Shown: positions 31,238 to 43,553 of the stretch, piece after piece
Position numbering within the stretch: the stretch's first letter is position 1
How the letters are laid out: each line of letters starts with the position of its first letter
Source: Corallochytrium limacisporum Hawaii
Lineage: Eukaryota > Protista > Pluriformea
Reading direction: 5' to 3'
DNA: 64,000 bases
Assembly: GCA_002811645.1 (NCBI GenBank)
Contig: PDIP01000098.1
Location: 86,701-150,700, forward strand
Position numbers and translations under genes: made by a program
The notes under the pieces: model-generated
Seen by the model: only the letters and a program-made list of their open reading frames with translations
The model's database searches: none
What the model was told of the DNA's origin: nothing

Positions 31238-32617
31238 ATGACCGTCCTTCTGCAGCAAAGTGCCCGCTCCATAAAGACAGGAGCTGGCTTGAGGCCTTTG
31301 GTCCCGGCCCTGCTTAACCAGAGCCGTACTCTTGTAAAGAGCTCCGATAAGGCCACCGGTGGTGCGGCTTCCATGGGTGTTGATGACATCCACGATGGTG
31401 TCGAACCGGCACCGACCAAATTTGTTGCGTTCAATTGGGAAGATCCTCTGCGTCTGGATACTCTGTTAACTGAAGATGAGCAGATGATGTCGCAGACGGC
31501 GCATGACTACGCGCAGTCCAAAATGATGCCCCGGATCAAGGAGGCGAATAGGCTGGGTGTCTTTGATCGGGAGATCTTCCGTGAGATGGGTGCGCTTGGT
31601 TTACTGGGATCATTCGTGCACGGCTACGGCTGTGCAGGAGGTTCCTCCGTAGCTTACGGTCTGATTGCACGTGAGATTGAAGCAGTCGACTCTGCATACC
31701 GCAGTGCAATGTCCGTGATTAGCTCTCTGGTAATGTACCCGATTTACTCCTACGGTTCTGAAGAGCAGCGCCAGAAGTTCCTCCCCGGGCTGGCCTCGGG
31801 TGACTTGATAGGTGCTTTTGGTCTGACTGAGCCGAACCATGGCTCTGATCCGGGAAGTATGGAGACCAAAGCCGTTAAGCAGTCTGACGGTAGCTACAAG
31901 CTGTCCGGCACTAAGTCCTGGATCACCAACTCGCCGTTTGCGGACGTCTTTGTGGTATGGGCTAAGGAGATTGATCCCAAAGCTTCTAAGCCCGGCCCCA
32001 TCAAGGGCTTCCTTATCGAAAGGGGCGCTGATGGCCTCGCGACACCAGACCTGAACAGTGGCAAGTTTTCCCTCCGCGCCTCCAATACTGGACAGATTGT
32101 CATGGAGGAAACACCTGTATCTGCCAACATGGTCCTTCCCAACGTTGAGGGCCTGAAGGGTCCCTTCGGCTGCCTCAGCTCCGCGCGTTATGGTATCGCT
32201 TGGGGTGCCATGGGTGCAGCCGAGTTCTGTTTCAAACACACGCGCCAATACGCTCTAGACCGTCAGCAATTTGGCAACCCTCTGGCGTCCACACAGTTGA
32301 TCCAGAAGAAGTTTGCTGATATGCTGACGGAGATTGCGCTTGCGAATACCGCCAATGTTCAAGTTGGTCGGCTGAAAGACCAAAGTATTGGTAGCCCCGA
32401 AATGATTTCCATTCTGAAACGCAACAACGCGGGCAAAGCCCTGGCTATTGCTCGCGAATGTCGTGACATTCTGGGAGGCAACGGGGTCAGTGATGAGTAC
32501 CACGTCATTCGCCATGTCATGAACCTCGAGGCCGTTAACACGTATGAAGGTACCCATGATGTACATGCTCTCATTCTTGGCCGGGCCATTACGGGCATCC
32601 AGGCCTTCAGCCACTGA
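31238..32617 (+). CDS. GCDH: Glutaryl-CoA dehydrogenase, mitochondrial
   Basis: 459 aa; [53 protein letters not shown]; basic presequence. Confidence 0.97.
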   Translation: MTVLLQQSARSIKTGAGLRPLVPALLNQSRTLVKSSDKATGGAASMGVDDIHDGVEPAPTKFVAFNWEDPLRLDTLLTEDEQMMSQTAHDYAQSKMMPRIKEANRLGVFDREIFREMGALGLLGSFVHGYGCAGGSSVAYGLIAREIEAVDSAYRSAMSVISSLVMYPIYSYGSEEQRQKFLPGLASGDLIGAFGLTEPNHGSDPGSMETKAVKQSDGSYKLSGTKSWITNSPFADVFVVWAKEIDPKASKPGPIKGFLIERGADGLATPDLNSGKFSLRASNTGQIVMEETPVSANMVLPNVEGLKGPFGCLSSARYGIAWGAMGAAEFCFKHTRQYALDRQQFGNPLASTQLIQKKFADMLTEIALANTANVQVGRLKDQSIGSPEMISILKRNNAGKALAIARECRDILGGNGVSDEYHVIRHVMNLEAVNTYEGTHDVHALILGRAITGIQAFSH

Positions 32618-32810
32618 TCGCACACTGATCAACACCTCGCGGTGTCCATCCATGTTTGAACTTTTTATATTTGAGCTTTAGATCCTCTCATATTCTGCAA
32701 TTGGAATAAAACTCTGGCAGACAGACAAGTGACCAAGACTGAAAATAAAATATGTATTTCAATTGCGGTTTCCTTTTTTTTTACATTCGTTAAGACGGCT
32801 TCTCATGTCC

Positions 32811-33410
32811 TCATGCTACGGCATGCTCCGGCAATGGCAAGAGGACCCCAGAACTGGAGCCATTCGATGTTGCCGACCCGTTCTCGGCTGCTTCTGCCTC
32901 AACCGTTGCCACTTCGTCGTCGATTTCTGCCTCGTTAACCTCCTGATAGATAGTAGAAGTTCCATCTGCGATTCTGTTACTCCGTGCAGCACGAATTGCC
33001 AGAATGGTTTTCACCAGGAAGAACGCCGTGCCGGTCACCGTAAATGCCAAAATTGCACACGCCGCCAGAAAGAGGACCCGCCTCAGCCCCCGTGTGCTCT
33101 TGACAACGGCGGTTTGGAGTGCTTCAGCCATTCGGTCCGCCAGAAGCAAATCCCTCTTGTTCTGTGACTCGACCATGGTCTTTCTTAATTGATCCTGCCC
33201 TCCAGCAATTCGTTCCAGTCTGGGCACAAGCTCTGCCAATGCACGATTCACGGCCATGTCCATGCTGCCCGGGCCAGCCCCTGCAGCAGCAGCAGCTGCT
33301 GCTGCCTTGGCTTGCTCCGCATCTTTCCCAGATCCAGTCAGCTGCGAAAAGACCCGCGTCGCAGCTTCCTGTACAATCATGGCCACTATTTTATCACTGC
33401 CTGGTATCAT
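32811..33410 (-). CDS. Hypothetical single-pass membrane protein
   Basis: About 199 aa from ATG 33410; helical N-terminal part, poly-Ala, hydrophobic VLFLAACAILAFTVTGTAFFLV, acidic tail; convergent with GCDH. Confidence 0.65.
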   Translation of the reverse strand: MIPGSDKIVAMIVQEAATRVFSQLTGSGKDAEQAKAAAAAAAAGAGPGSMDMAVNRALAELVPRLERIAGGQDQLRKTMVESQNKRDLLLADRMAEALQTAVVKSTRGLRRVLFLAACAILAFTVTGTAFFLVKTILAIRAARSNRIADGTSTIYQEVNEAEIDDEVATVEAEAAENGSATSNGSSSGVLLPLPEHAVA

Positions 33411-33897
33411 TTTTGCATGTATGTTAACCTGTTGATACAAAATGTTGCCGTCAACACAGCCTGTCGGCGTCCACTTATGTCTATTTATATATCACGTCAG
33501 CCCGCCGGAAGGGTCGGCGCCCACCTTTGAAACAAGTCGAAACAGACGACAATGTACACACACCTTCCTCTGGCTCTTTGCAGCGCGATGTAGTAGAACA
33601 CACAAATTCCAAGTACCTGTAGATGGCCTTCGAAAAGAACCTCCCATGGAAAACCCCCCGTGTCTCTTACTTCACCGCAGCCGGCCGGCACCGTAACCTC
33701 CAAAAGTCTCCCAATCACCCCATTTTTCGCGATCATTTTGGCGCCTCTCCCCCGACCCGTCCCCCTCCCTTCCTTCTTGGCCACTAGCTATAGCTAGCGG
33801 GCTGGCCCGCCAAGCGGCGGGTCTCGAGATGTGAAGTGGGGGAGGGGTGGAGGATTTGGTGGCCTCCTCCCACCCACCCAACCGGGGAGAACCGTGG

Positions 33898-33915
33898 TAA
33901 ATTAGGCCCCCATTT
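33898..33915 (-). promoter_or_regulatory. Upstream motif copy TAAATTAGGCCCCCATTT (+ strand)
   Basis: Exact TAGGCCCCCA core about 490 nt upstream of the minus-strand orphan gene. Confidence 0.55.
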
Positions 33916-34153
33916 CCTGCTCAGGTTACAGAAGCGGGAAGGTATCTGATGCCCGAAGTGGAGTGGGCCAGTGGGGATGTCCTCTGGCTATTTAAGTCTT
34001 GGCCGGAGGAGAGCCGAAAGGGTGTGTGGATAATGGCACCGCGAAGACGTCCAAATTCCAGGGAAACAAGGTGTCTGCTCTGCGGTTGTTGTATGTACAA
34101 GGGAGATTGAGTTTACATTGTGTTTGGATTTAAATGAGTTCATTATTTATTCT

Positions 34154-36754
34154 TTACACCAAAGCTTCACTGCTTGGGGCATAGTATGCGTTTGGATTCA
34201 TTCGCTGCAGTGACCCACGATAGCCGGTAACCTCACTGCTTACGTCTTCTGCGGGACCTGCCGCTCCAACGGAGGTGTCGCTGGAAGAACGAGAAAGAGT
34301 GCTCCGGCCGCTACTTCTGGTACCAATAGATTCATTCGCTGCAGCCTTCCTGGCAGCGAGACTGCGCTTGCGGTGGCGAATGTAGAAGAACACCAGCACA
34401 ATTACCAACAGGACTGCGACACCAGCTACCACGGCAATAATGATTGCAATGTTCATTGTGCTACCACTGCTGTCATCGCCATCTCCGTTGTTTGCATCAT
34501 TTTCACCAGTTGAGCCGGGAATAGGGTTGTCCTCCTCAGCGACTTCATCCAGTGGTCCACGGTTGCGCTGGTCCTCCTCTATCTGCTCCTCTTCCTCGCG
34601 TTGGCGCTGCTCCTCTTCCTGACGCAGACGTTCCTGTTCCTTGGCCTCTTCATCCCCGCGCTCGCGCTCTTCTTGCTCACGCTGACGGGCTTCCTCTTCA
34701 AGACGCTGACGCTCTTCTTCTTCTTGCCGCTCCCGTTCTGCTTCCTCTTGGCGCTCCTTGGCCGCCTCCTCGCTAGTCGGGCTGGAGGGAAAGGAGAAGC
34801 TCATAGGCTTACCTGTACTCAACACGACATAAGTCATGTCATTGCCATAGGGAGCCATGGGCCAGAGGGTGCCTGAATCGGGCATGACAGAGTTCTTGAG
34901 AGCAGTGGTGGGGACGGTGAAAATCACCGCGCAGCCGTTGTCACCGTCAAATTCCACTCCAAGCAAACGGTGGGAGGCCTCATGGCGGATCATTTTAAGG
35001 CTGTAGTCACAACGAGATGAACGATCCTGGGCCCACAACAGCTGAAAGATGTCATCCTGGCGCAGAGAAGTAATGGGCATGGCAGAGTTGACGGTTATCT
35101 GCTCTGTCACCGCCTCGAGCCAGTCGCTAACTAGGGATCCCTCAGTACCATTGCTGTGAACATACTGGCGCATGTTGATCTGATGGAACATGTAGGGGTC
35201 AATATTCAAGTCCAGAATCTGAGGAGCCGCGCGGTCAGCTTCGAACTGTAAAAGCTGATCGAAACTCCAGTCACGGCCGCGGGAATTGAAGTAGTTCATG
35301 TTTTCTTCAGGTGTAGAGGAGTGGAAGTAAATCTCAGTGGCGTAGCGGGGCAAGGAGTAGCGACCGTTGTAGCCTTGCTCTGCTTCATTGATCCGGACAA
35401 TTTTGCGGCTATTGCACCAATCGTACTTGGTGACGTCGCAGACGTGGCACATGATGCCCATTTCTTCCATAACCTTGTAGAGGTTGGCGTTGTACATTCC
35501 ACTGATCATGGGGGTGACCAGAGAGCGGCCGCTGAAATTCCACGTATCATGCACACCCAGAGCTTTGGCAAAGACATCATTGTACCAGAGCTCAACGCGG
35601 ACATCCTGGTAGCTCATGGAGCTTAGCTTGGAGTGGGAAAAGGTATGGGAAGTCCACAGGAAGTTGCTCTTGACCTCATCACGTGATACATAGTTGAACA
35701 GAGGATCTTCGCGCTGCCAGCTCTCAATGAGTGTTTGGTTCTGGCTGAAGTCGTTGTTGAAATCAACACGGTACCAATAATCGGTGCCATTCCCTAGAGC
35801 GTTGCGCACGTCAGTGGGATAACGTGCAACGTAGCGACGCTCGGCCGTATCCATGAGTGGAGAAAGGCTACTGTCGTAGTAGAATACACCGTTGGCATTG
35901 TACGCAAAATCTAGCATCACAGTGCTGTCTGCCGGCAAACGACTGTTGAAGTCGCGCTGCCATTTAAGATGCCAATCCACGTCTTCGGCTGAGACGCGGT
36001 AATTCGTCTTGGTATTCCAGATTCTGTTCGGCAGGAAAAAGTCATCAATCTGAGGCAGAATACTCATGCGTCGGAAGCCAGAGAAAGTACCTTCGGTTAC
36101 CCAATCAATGACAAAATGGATGAGTACCTTGTACTCCGTAGTCCAGTCAGCTGTGCGGACATGCAGGTACAAGTTCTTGAGGCCGTATTTTTCAATGACC
36201 TCTGCAACCATGGCGTTGTTATTCTCGGCATCGACCAGGAGAGGCTCCACGGTGGCGTCAGCGCCATTTACCGCTTCCTTGTTGATGCTGCGGGGCAACA
36301 GTTCCAGGGGACCAAGGTCCAGAGCACGGTCATTCCGAAGAATACGGTCTACTGCGTACTTTGAACGAGCAATGTCAGTGACGCGTGCGTTGTTGGGTGC
36401 AACGTTGTTGACAGTGAAGGTGAGTTGATCATCGCCGCCATTAAGGTAGACGGCGCGGACACCATACTTCAATCGGTATGTGTCTAATTCAGCACGAAAC
36501 TCACCAAGGGCAGGATTGCCGTCGACGACAATACAGGAATACGCTCCATAGCCCTCTTCAATTTCCAATGGCATTGAGCCACCAGCAACCATTATGTCGT
36601 AGCGGAGGTTCATATGGTCCATTGTGTCCTGAACTGGCAGCTTGTATCCGTTGAAAGAGATGAGCAAGCATTTCATCTCAATTTTGTAACTCTGCGCACA
36701 GCTACCGATGGTCAGCGCTGCCAGCAGCGCTGCGCAAAAATTGAAGACCCTCAT
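34154..36754 (-). CDS. Agd3-like (CE18) polysaccharide deacetylase, type I membrane protein
   Basis: 866 aa; signal peptide, QIDDFFL, WTSHTFSH, PRYATEIYF, PYMFHQINMR motifs as in Agd3; E/R/Q-rich stalk; TM IAIIIAVVAGVAVLLVIVLVFFYI followed by RHRKR. Confidence 0.8.
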   Translation of the reverse strand: MRVFNFCAALLAALTIGSCAQSYKIEMKCLLISFNGYKLPVQDTMDHMNLRYDIMVAGGSMPLEIEEGYGAYSCIVVDGNPALGEFRAELDTYRLKYGVRAVYLNGGDDQLTFTVNNVAPNNARVTDIARSKYAVDRILRNDRALDLGPLELLPRSINKEAVNGADATVEPLLVDAENNNAMVAEVIEKYGLKNLYLHVRTADWTTEYKVLIHFVIDWVTEGTFSGFRRMSILPQIDDFFLPNRIWNTKTNYRVSAEDVDWHLKWQRDFNSRLPADSTVMLDFAYNANGVFYYDSSLSPLMDTAERRYVARYPTDVRNALGNGTDYWYRVDFNNDFSQNQTLIESWQREDPLFNYVSRDEVKSNFLWTSHTFSHSKLSSMSYQDVRVELWYNDVFAKALGVHDTWNFSGRSLVTPMISGMYNANLYKVMEEMGIMCHVCDVTKYDWCNSRKIVRINEAEQGYNGRYSLPRYATEIYFHSSTPEENMNYFNSRGRDWSFDQLLQFEADRAAPQILDLNIDPYMFHQINMRQYVHSNGTEGSLVSDWLEAVTEQITVNSAMPITSLRQDDIFQLLWAQDRSSRCDYSLKMIRHEASHRLLGVEFDGDNGCAVIFTVPTTALKNSVMPDSGTLWPMAPYGNDMTYVVLSTGKPMSFSFPSSPTSEEAAKERQEEAERERQEEEERQRLEEEARQREQEERERGDEEAKEQERLRQEEEQRQREEEEQIEEDQRNRGPLDEVAEEDNPIPGSTGENDANNGDGDDSSGSTMNIAIIIAVVAGVAVLLVIVLVFFYIRHRKRSLAARKAAANESIGTRSSGRSTLSRSSSDTSVGAAGPAEDVSSEVTGYRGSLQRMNPNAYYAPSSEALV

Positions 36755-36762
36755 GACCCGTT

Positions 36763-36868
36763 CTAATGTGTGTTAGGAATGTACAGACGTCGTGTGATGT
36801 AGGTGTCCCTGCTCTAATTGAGCTTTCAAGTGTGTCTGATAAGCAGAGGCTGTTCCGATATCAATTAC
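36763..36868 (-). other. Candidate 106-nt 5'-UTR intron of the Agd3-like gene
   Basis: Minus strand reads GTAATT ... CCTAAC ACACAT TAG, then 8 nt, then ATG; canonical CTAAC branch site; donor less certain. Confidence 0.45.
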
Positions 36869-37470
36869 CCCAAGCCTGCTGTGTTGTGCGTGGTGTATAC
36901 TCTCTTCAACCCTAGATCTCGGTAACCCTCTTAAATGAAACTGCAGGGCACCCCGGAAACGATCTGAGAGTCTTTAACTGCTTCACCTGGACCAGTGGTC
37001 TACGAGCATCTGAAATTGCGTAGAATGTGTAACGACAGCCAGGTATTATCAGTAACAATGCCACTGGCAATGGTCATTTATAGCTCTTCACGATGCTGAG
37101 CCACTTTTCCGATCGGATCCGACACGCATAACCTCCATTAGAAATGCTTGTTTCAAATGAGACATGGAGAACATAGCAAATTAGCAAAATTAGATCGAAC
37201 GACAAAGGGACCGAGCGATGGTGCGCACAGCTCTCCGTTCCCTTCTGTTGGTCTCGCTCTTCTCTCCCAGCCTCGTTCCGCACCCATTCCTCCTCCAGGT
37301 TTGCACCTGGTATTCCTCCATACTGAACCTTTAGGACACCACTGAAGAAAAAGTAGAAGGCTGTGCTTTCCCCCCTCCCTTCCCGTCCTCTGTCTTTCCC
37401 CCGTCCCCTCCCTCCCCTTTTCCCTCTCATTCCTGTGGGCCCTTTGCTCGCTCTCTCTCTCGCTCTCTCC

Positions 37471-37691
37471 NNNNNNNNNNNNNNNNNNNNNNNNNNNNNN
37501 NNNNNNNNNNNNNNNNNNNNNNNNNNNNNNNNNNNNNNNNNNNNNNNNNNNNNNNNNNNNNNNNNNNNNNNNNNNNNNNNNNNNNNNNNNNNNNNNNNNN
37601 NNNNNNNNNNNNNNNNNNNNNNNNNNNNNNNNNNNNNNNNNNNNNNNNNNNNNNNNNNNNNNNNNNNNNNNNNNNNNNNNNNNNNNNNNNN
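37471..37691. other. Assembly gap
   Basis: N run. Confidence 1.
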
Positions 37692-40600
37692 CAAACTTCT
37701 CCCTTCCCTTCCCTTTCGTTTTGCCTTTGGTTCCTTCAATTCGGCCCCCGTGGAGCAGGGGCAAATTATCAAATTGAAAAACGAGAGAGAGACGGGGTTG
37801 GGTTTGGTGTGAGACGGGAGAATGATAGATTCCCCCCCCCTCCCCGGGGGTTCCACTCTCACTTCGTTATGACGCCCACCCAAAGAAAAATCAATAGAAA
37901 AATTATACAAAACCATCCCCCCTTCCCCTTCTGCTCCCCGAGTTCGCTTCATTCTGCGCCACTTCCCTTCGCTTCTCTTCCCTTTCTCTCGCTCGACTCG
38001 ACTACCCCTCCCGGGGGGGGGCTTTGGTTCTGATACTATGAGGATCCGGTGCGTGGTTGTCATGTCCTCTTAATTACCCCTATTTCTTTTTTGGTTCTCC
38101 CTTCCTTTGCCCTCATCCCCCCCCTTTCTCCTCCCTACCAGCCAAGGATCGGCAATCAGGCGCCTTGCGTGGAGGGGAGAGAACCAAATGGGACCCAGCA
38201 CCACAGAGAAAAATGTCTCACACAGTAAATTTTTGGCAGTGAATTTATTAAGCACAGCGCACCCCAGGCCTGAAGGTAACAAGGCCAGTCCCCACCGGGG
38301 CTCGTGACGGGGAAATCAAAATCTCTCGTCCTCCCTCTTTCTGTCTGTCTCGTCGCTCTCGCTTCGCTTATCCTCCGCAAAGAAAATCAATATCTAACCG
38401 AACGGCAGGGACTGTGGTGGAGAGAGGCATAGAATAAGTACTGAAAAGTTGTACGGCCCCGGCTTTTTGCGCTTACAAACGCACAATGTCCTGCGCGGTC
38501 TTCGCTAGGTGCCTTGGTGATTTATCCGAACGGAAGCCAGACACCTTTTATTTTTTAATTTTGAGCCAGTCGCAGACTTCCCTCGTTCTTCTCTCTCCGG
38601 GGCGGGTGGGGTAAAGGCCCGGCACCGGTGCGTCGGGTTGGCTATACATATTATATTAAGTAATACTGGCCTGCCAACCCACTCGCGCGCCAGAATGACA
38701 TAGGTCCCCACTGCGACTCCACTCCCCCCGGGGGGGGGGGGTCGTCCCTCCCGGTTCTTCGCGGTTGCGCAAAAGGAGGTTCGTCCGCAACCTTTCCTAG
38801 AATTTCTGCTTGGGTCATCACAATTTTCAGATCAGTGTATGTTCTCTATGAGTTTGTCTCGGGGAGCCTTCAAGAGTCATCAAAGTGGCATAGTCTATGT
38901 ACTGCCCTTCCGTCCGTCGTCCGACCGGACGGGTTTATTTTGGGAAGGGAACCGTTTCACACGCACACACTCCAAGCCCGCAGCGATGGAGGAAAATTTG
39001 TGCAATAGGGAAGAAGCAAAACGGTACACAGAGGGGAGGGGGGTTGCCCATTTAAATTTTGAATATTTCAGCAGTCGCGCTGCCTGGCTGTATAGTAAAT
39101 GAACTGAGAGTGAGGAATGCTTTCCATATAAGGCTCCGTCTTCAAGGAGAAAGGAAACAGCAATGTCGTATCTGGAAGCAAAGAAGGTTGATGATAATTC
39201 CAAGGCGGTGGCCGCAAGAGTTCCAAAGCAGCGATACTTTAGGTATTGAATGAATCACCTTACCTAAATTTGTTTTTCCATCGGTAGACATACGAAGTCG
39301 ATGGACGCGCGTCATCGCTCCCAAACTTTCCTGGGTTAGACACTGTACTGCCGGATCCAGACAACCGATCGAAATATTATAGTAAATGTACCGCAGTGCA
39401 GGGGGCGCTCCGGGCATTTGTCGCTCGGGGGTTTGCACAGCAAAGAACTGAGTGCACCGTTTTGTTTTGGGTAGAGGGGCCCTCACACACTCCTCCTCAC
39501 TCCCTGCTCCACGTGTATGGTCCGAGCAGTCACGCTCTACCAGGTATTTGAACCGGCGGGAGCAAGTCACTTTCGCATAGGTTCCGATTCTTTTTTGTTT
39601 TGCACTGTGTTTTTCTTGCTTTAGTGGGGACGAGAAAAGGCAAGAAAACTACGGCTCTCTCCGCCCTCCCGGCCGCCCTTCTTCTGTTTTACTTGCCGTT
39701 TTGTTCGCGCATGGTACCAGATCTACTCGGCACATGAACCGGGAGAGGGGCGTTGGCACGGCTTACTGTAAAACTGTGGAAGATTCGCAAAGGAAAAGTA
39801 AGGAACACCCGGAGAGGGGCGGGGAAGGTTTACTTGTGCTGGTATTTTGCTGTCTGCTTGAGTTGCGTCGCGCGTCGCGGGTGGGGAGGGGGCGGGCGGG
39901 CGGAACACAACAAAAAAGAAAGAAAACGCAGGTGGTTGCATCTTTAGTCCGAACGCGGATCGTGATCTCTGGCACTGTCTGTCAACAAAGTCTGGTGCAC
40001 ATTCTTTGTTTTCCTTTTTTCCATGTGCCCAAAATGTCACGGTTGGTGCGTGCGTTTCGAAGGAACACTGCGGCGAAAGGGAAAAAGCTGCAGCAGGAGC
40101 GCTCCGAGGTACCGTAACTGCAGTGAACATGATGGACATGGGCTCATCCCATCACGAGCTCAGAACAGACAGTGACAAAGAGCGGACACGTCCATGAAAC
40201 CCCATTGGGAATGTCACTGCCATTGTGATGGACGTTGCTGTGTCTCTGGCCCCTCTTGTCCGTCTGTCAAGACTTGGTTTTGTTGGAGTACCGTTCCATA
40301 AAAGGTAGCGATGTGATACGGAGAGATCTTGGGTCCCCCCCTCGCTGATTTCTCCACGTTGGAATTTTGCCGAGCAAGGGAGGGGGGGTCCGGGGAGGAT
40401 GTCAAGCCAGTCCAAATTTCAGTACTGAATGGATAGGGAAATAGCCCAAGGGATGCCACGGGGGATTCTGGCAGGACAAGAGAATGGAATTTTGGGTCGA
40501 AGTATCCTTCCTAAGTTTCCTGTCAACAAAATCGCACCTTCTCGTTCCATAGAGGTCCCTGTACCACGCGCCGAGAGCTCACTATACATTCTTTATTAGC

Positions 40601-42217
40601 ATGAATTCACTGGAACACCGCCTATGGCCCAAAACTAGCCACCAAGGATGCAGACAGCGCACGATTTGGAAGAATTCCAGTCGATGGTACTTGGCTGTTT
40701 ATAGGCAATCAAGAGCACAGTCTCCTCGTTCGCACTGGTAGTGAGGCATGGCGCAGACGGTGTGGAGTGCGCGGGCCGGAGTGAGAACGGACGACAGGCG
40801 CGAGCGAGTGGTACTGGTAGGCGATCGGGGAAGCGTTGCGGCGAGAGAGCCAGTGGTAAAAAGTTTACTTCGACTTTCACTCGTTCTTGCCGCGACGATT
40901 TGATGTTTGAGGAGTGCATTTTGGATGTCTATGAAACACGGTGTTATGGTACGCAGAGTTCATTGTTGAGAGACCACACCAGAGCACTTGAGTTTGCCAG
41001 CCATGCCACCATAAAACAAGATCCACGACAATGTATGCTCCCTGTTTGACACGCAGGAACCAACACATCTCCGGAGATCGTAGAATGCTATGTGATGCTG
41101 ACTGAACCCTGGAAAGGAACAAGCGCCCTGTATTATGACGCCGCCACCCGGTAGGGTGGACCCGACCCCAACCAAGAACTATGTGTGCGGTTATTATGCG
41201 TCTTCCGCCCAACGAACACGATCGGGGTCAATTCCAACGATTGTTTCGATCGGAGCAGCATGGTGACTTGTGGGCACCTCAGTACAAGTGAACATACACA
41301 TGATAGCCCCATTCAATCAATTCATCTCTAAAGCTTTACATATAAGTTATATGGAAATTTGTCATGCGTTGGACGGGTACCAGGCTATATCACGAAGACC
41401 TACGACAGCAGCCTAGGGAGACACCACACGACCGGAAAAGTTGGTGAGAACCCAGGTAGATGCCATATGCTCATAATGCCGTAGAGAGAATAAGGTACAA
41501 CCTGGGTGCAGTTTTTGCAGAAACTTCGATCGGAGACGACAAGCAAAACTGATGATCACAATACAACACGCGGCCACCAGGCACAACGCACACATGACAC
41601 TGGGGATCCAGCGCACGGGGTCATTTGTGCGCTGCGCAGTGCAGTATTGTCGACTACCAACTTCCCATCAATATCCTTGCTCCAGCCACCAAGTCACTCA
41701 AAACCTCTTCGTGAACCTCCCCTTTGACGGACCACCCAGGGGGGCAAGAGAAGGAGTGGAGGAAGGGGAGGGGCGGCGCGCTGCTATGCGGCAGATGCGC
41801 AAAAGGAGATTAACTTGGGCTGTGAGTGTAACAAGATAACAAGATTTTCCTACAACAACTGATTTTACACTTCTGTGCGCATAGTAACCCACTGATGAGA
41901 ACAGGATAAAGAGCCGTAAGGACTCTTCTTTGATAACACAGATTGCTCGTTCTGTTTTCTGTCCTCCACAAACTGCGAATACACAGAGAGTAGAACCGGG
42001 AGAGAATGATAAACAAAATAAATGAAGACCGCCGGGGCTCAAAATAGATGGACATGGAAGACGGCCTCCGTCCATAGAGAAAGAAAAACAACACATAGTC
42101 TTCCGCAACTCCCTTTTGAAGAGCCCTCTGTGTCGCATTTGGCCATCCACTTTGGCTCCACAAGGCCGACGGCTCGCTGGCAACAAGTTTTCCTTCTTGA
42201 TGATGCGATGCGCGATG

Positions 42218-42286
42218 GCGCTCTGCTGCGTGCGTGCGCTCCGCTGCGTGTGTGCGTGCGCTCCGCTGCGTGTGTGTGTGCGCTCG
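42218..42286. repeat. Short tandem repeat, about 3 copies of GCGCTCYGCTGCGT(GY)n
   Basis: Visible 18-22 nt unit with variable GT/GC expansion. Confidence 0.8.
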
Positions 42287-43463
42287 CTCTTGCATTTTCT
42301 TTGCTCTTCAGTATCTGTCCGCCTCTACCACAAATGTTCCACCCTTCTCCTTTTTGTCTCAGACTTTCTGTTATAAAATCATTCATACATTGAGGATGTA
42401 TTATCTGGGTCATGCGCTACCAAATCTATCACCAAGAGCCCGACGTCCGGACACGCGGACAGAGGAACAGTGGACAGCAATGGAAGCAACAACGGACTTC
42501 AGAAGAACACTGATATGCCTCAGTATGGAAAAAGTACGGGGAAAATTAGAAATCCGGCCGGCGCTTGTGGGAAGGGTGTGTACAGCGCATCAGCAGACTG
42601 ACTTGTTTTTGGTGCTAAGCGTAGTGAATCAAGGTGACTTTCTTGGTCAATTTAGACATGGTCAGATTTCACTGAGGATCCCATTCGGGGCGCGGCGGCG
42701 TCCCTTGACATGTTTGTAAGTGCTAGACCCGGAACTGCTTGTTTGTTTCCGGGCATGGCCTTTTTAAGGATGGCTGAACTCTCCAGCCTCAAGGCTGGGC
42801 AGAGCAATCTTTTCTTCGTTTCTTTTCTTTTTCTTTTTTGCTCAAGCGCGGTAGTGGCCGTATAGGCCCACACGCTCCAACTTCAGAGCGCGGCTCGCTC
42901 CATTGAAAATTAATCACGATCAGCTGCCCGTCTTAGACAGGAAGTAGGTCACGGGAAACGCTGATTACGAAGTCGATGGTGGTGAAGCAGGCGCACGCAA
43001 TACTGGCCCAAATACCCCTTGTTCAGTCGTCCACCCTAATCTGGTACAAAATGAATGAGATTCACTTCGCCTACTGGGAGGAGAGCGTGGTACAGCCACT
43101 GGTTAAACAGTGCTTGTTTACGTTTACTCCCACTCTCTCTCTCTCTCCCCTTGCCTCAATTAAGACTGGTTGGAAGGATTCATCCCTGTCCTACTCCTTG
43201 ACGTTGCACTTAGTGGTCCCTCATTAGGCAAATTTCTCTTTGGTGTACCACTGCTAAACGCATGATTCACATGGCTCAGACGAACGCCAGACGAAGAAAA
43301 ATGTTTCTTGGGGCCCATGAGAACCACTCCCCTCCCCCCCTTCCCTGCTCACCAATAAATTCCCCCCCCCCTTTCTCCTCCCTTCTCATCCCTCCCTCCC
43401 CACTAGGCCCGGAACCGAGAGCCAGGAGAGAGAATACGGGATAACCACCAAGGAACCCAAACG

Positions 43464-43466
<3 letters not shown>

Positions 43467-43552
<86 letters not shown>
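43467..43552. repeat. (CA)43 microsatellite
   Basis: Perfect CA run. Confidence 0.97.

Positions 43553-43553
<1 letters not shown>

Noticed and set aside
32615-32659. Readthrough of the GCDH stop giving a peroxisomal signal
   Set aside because: Context is TGA TCG and the extension ends in IHV, not a PTS1
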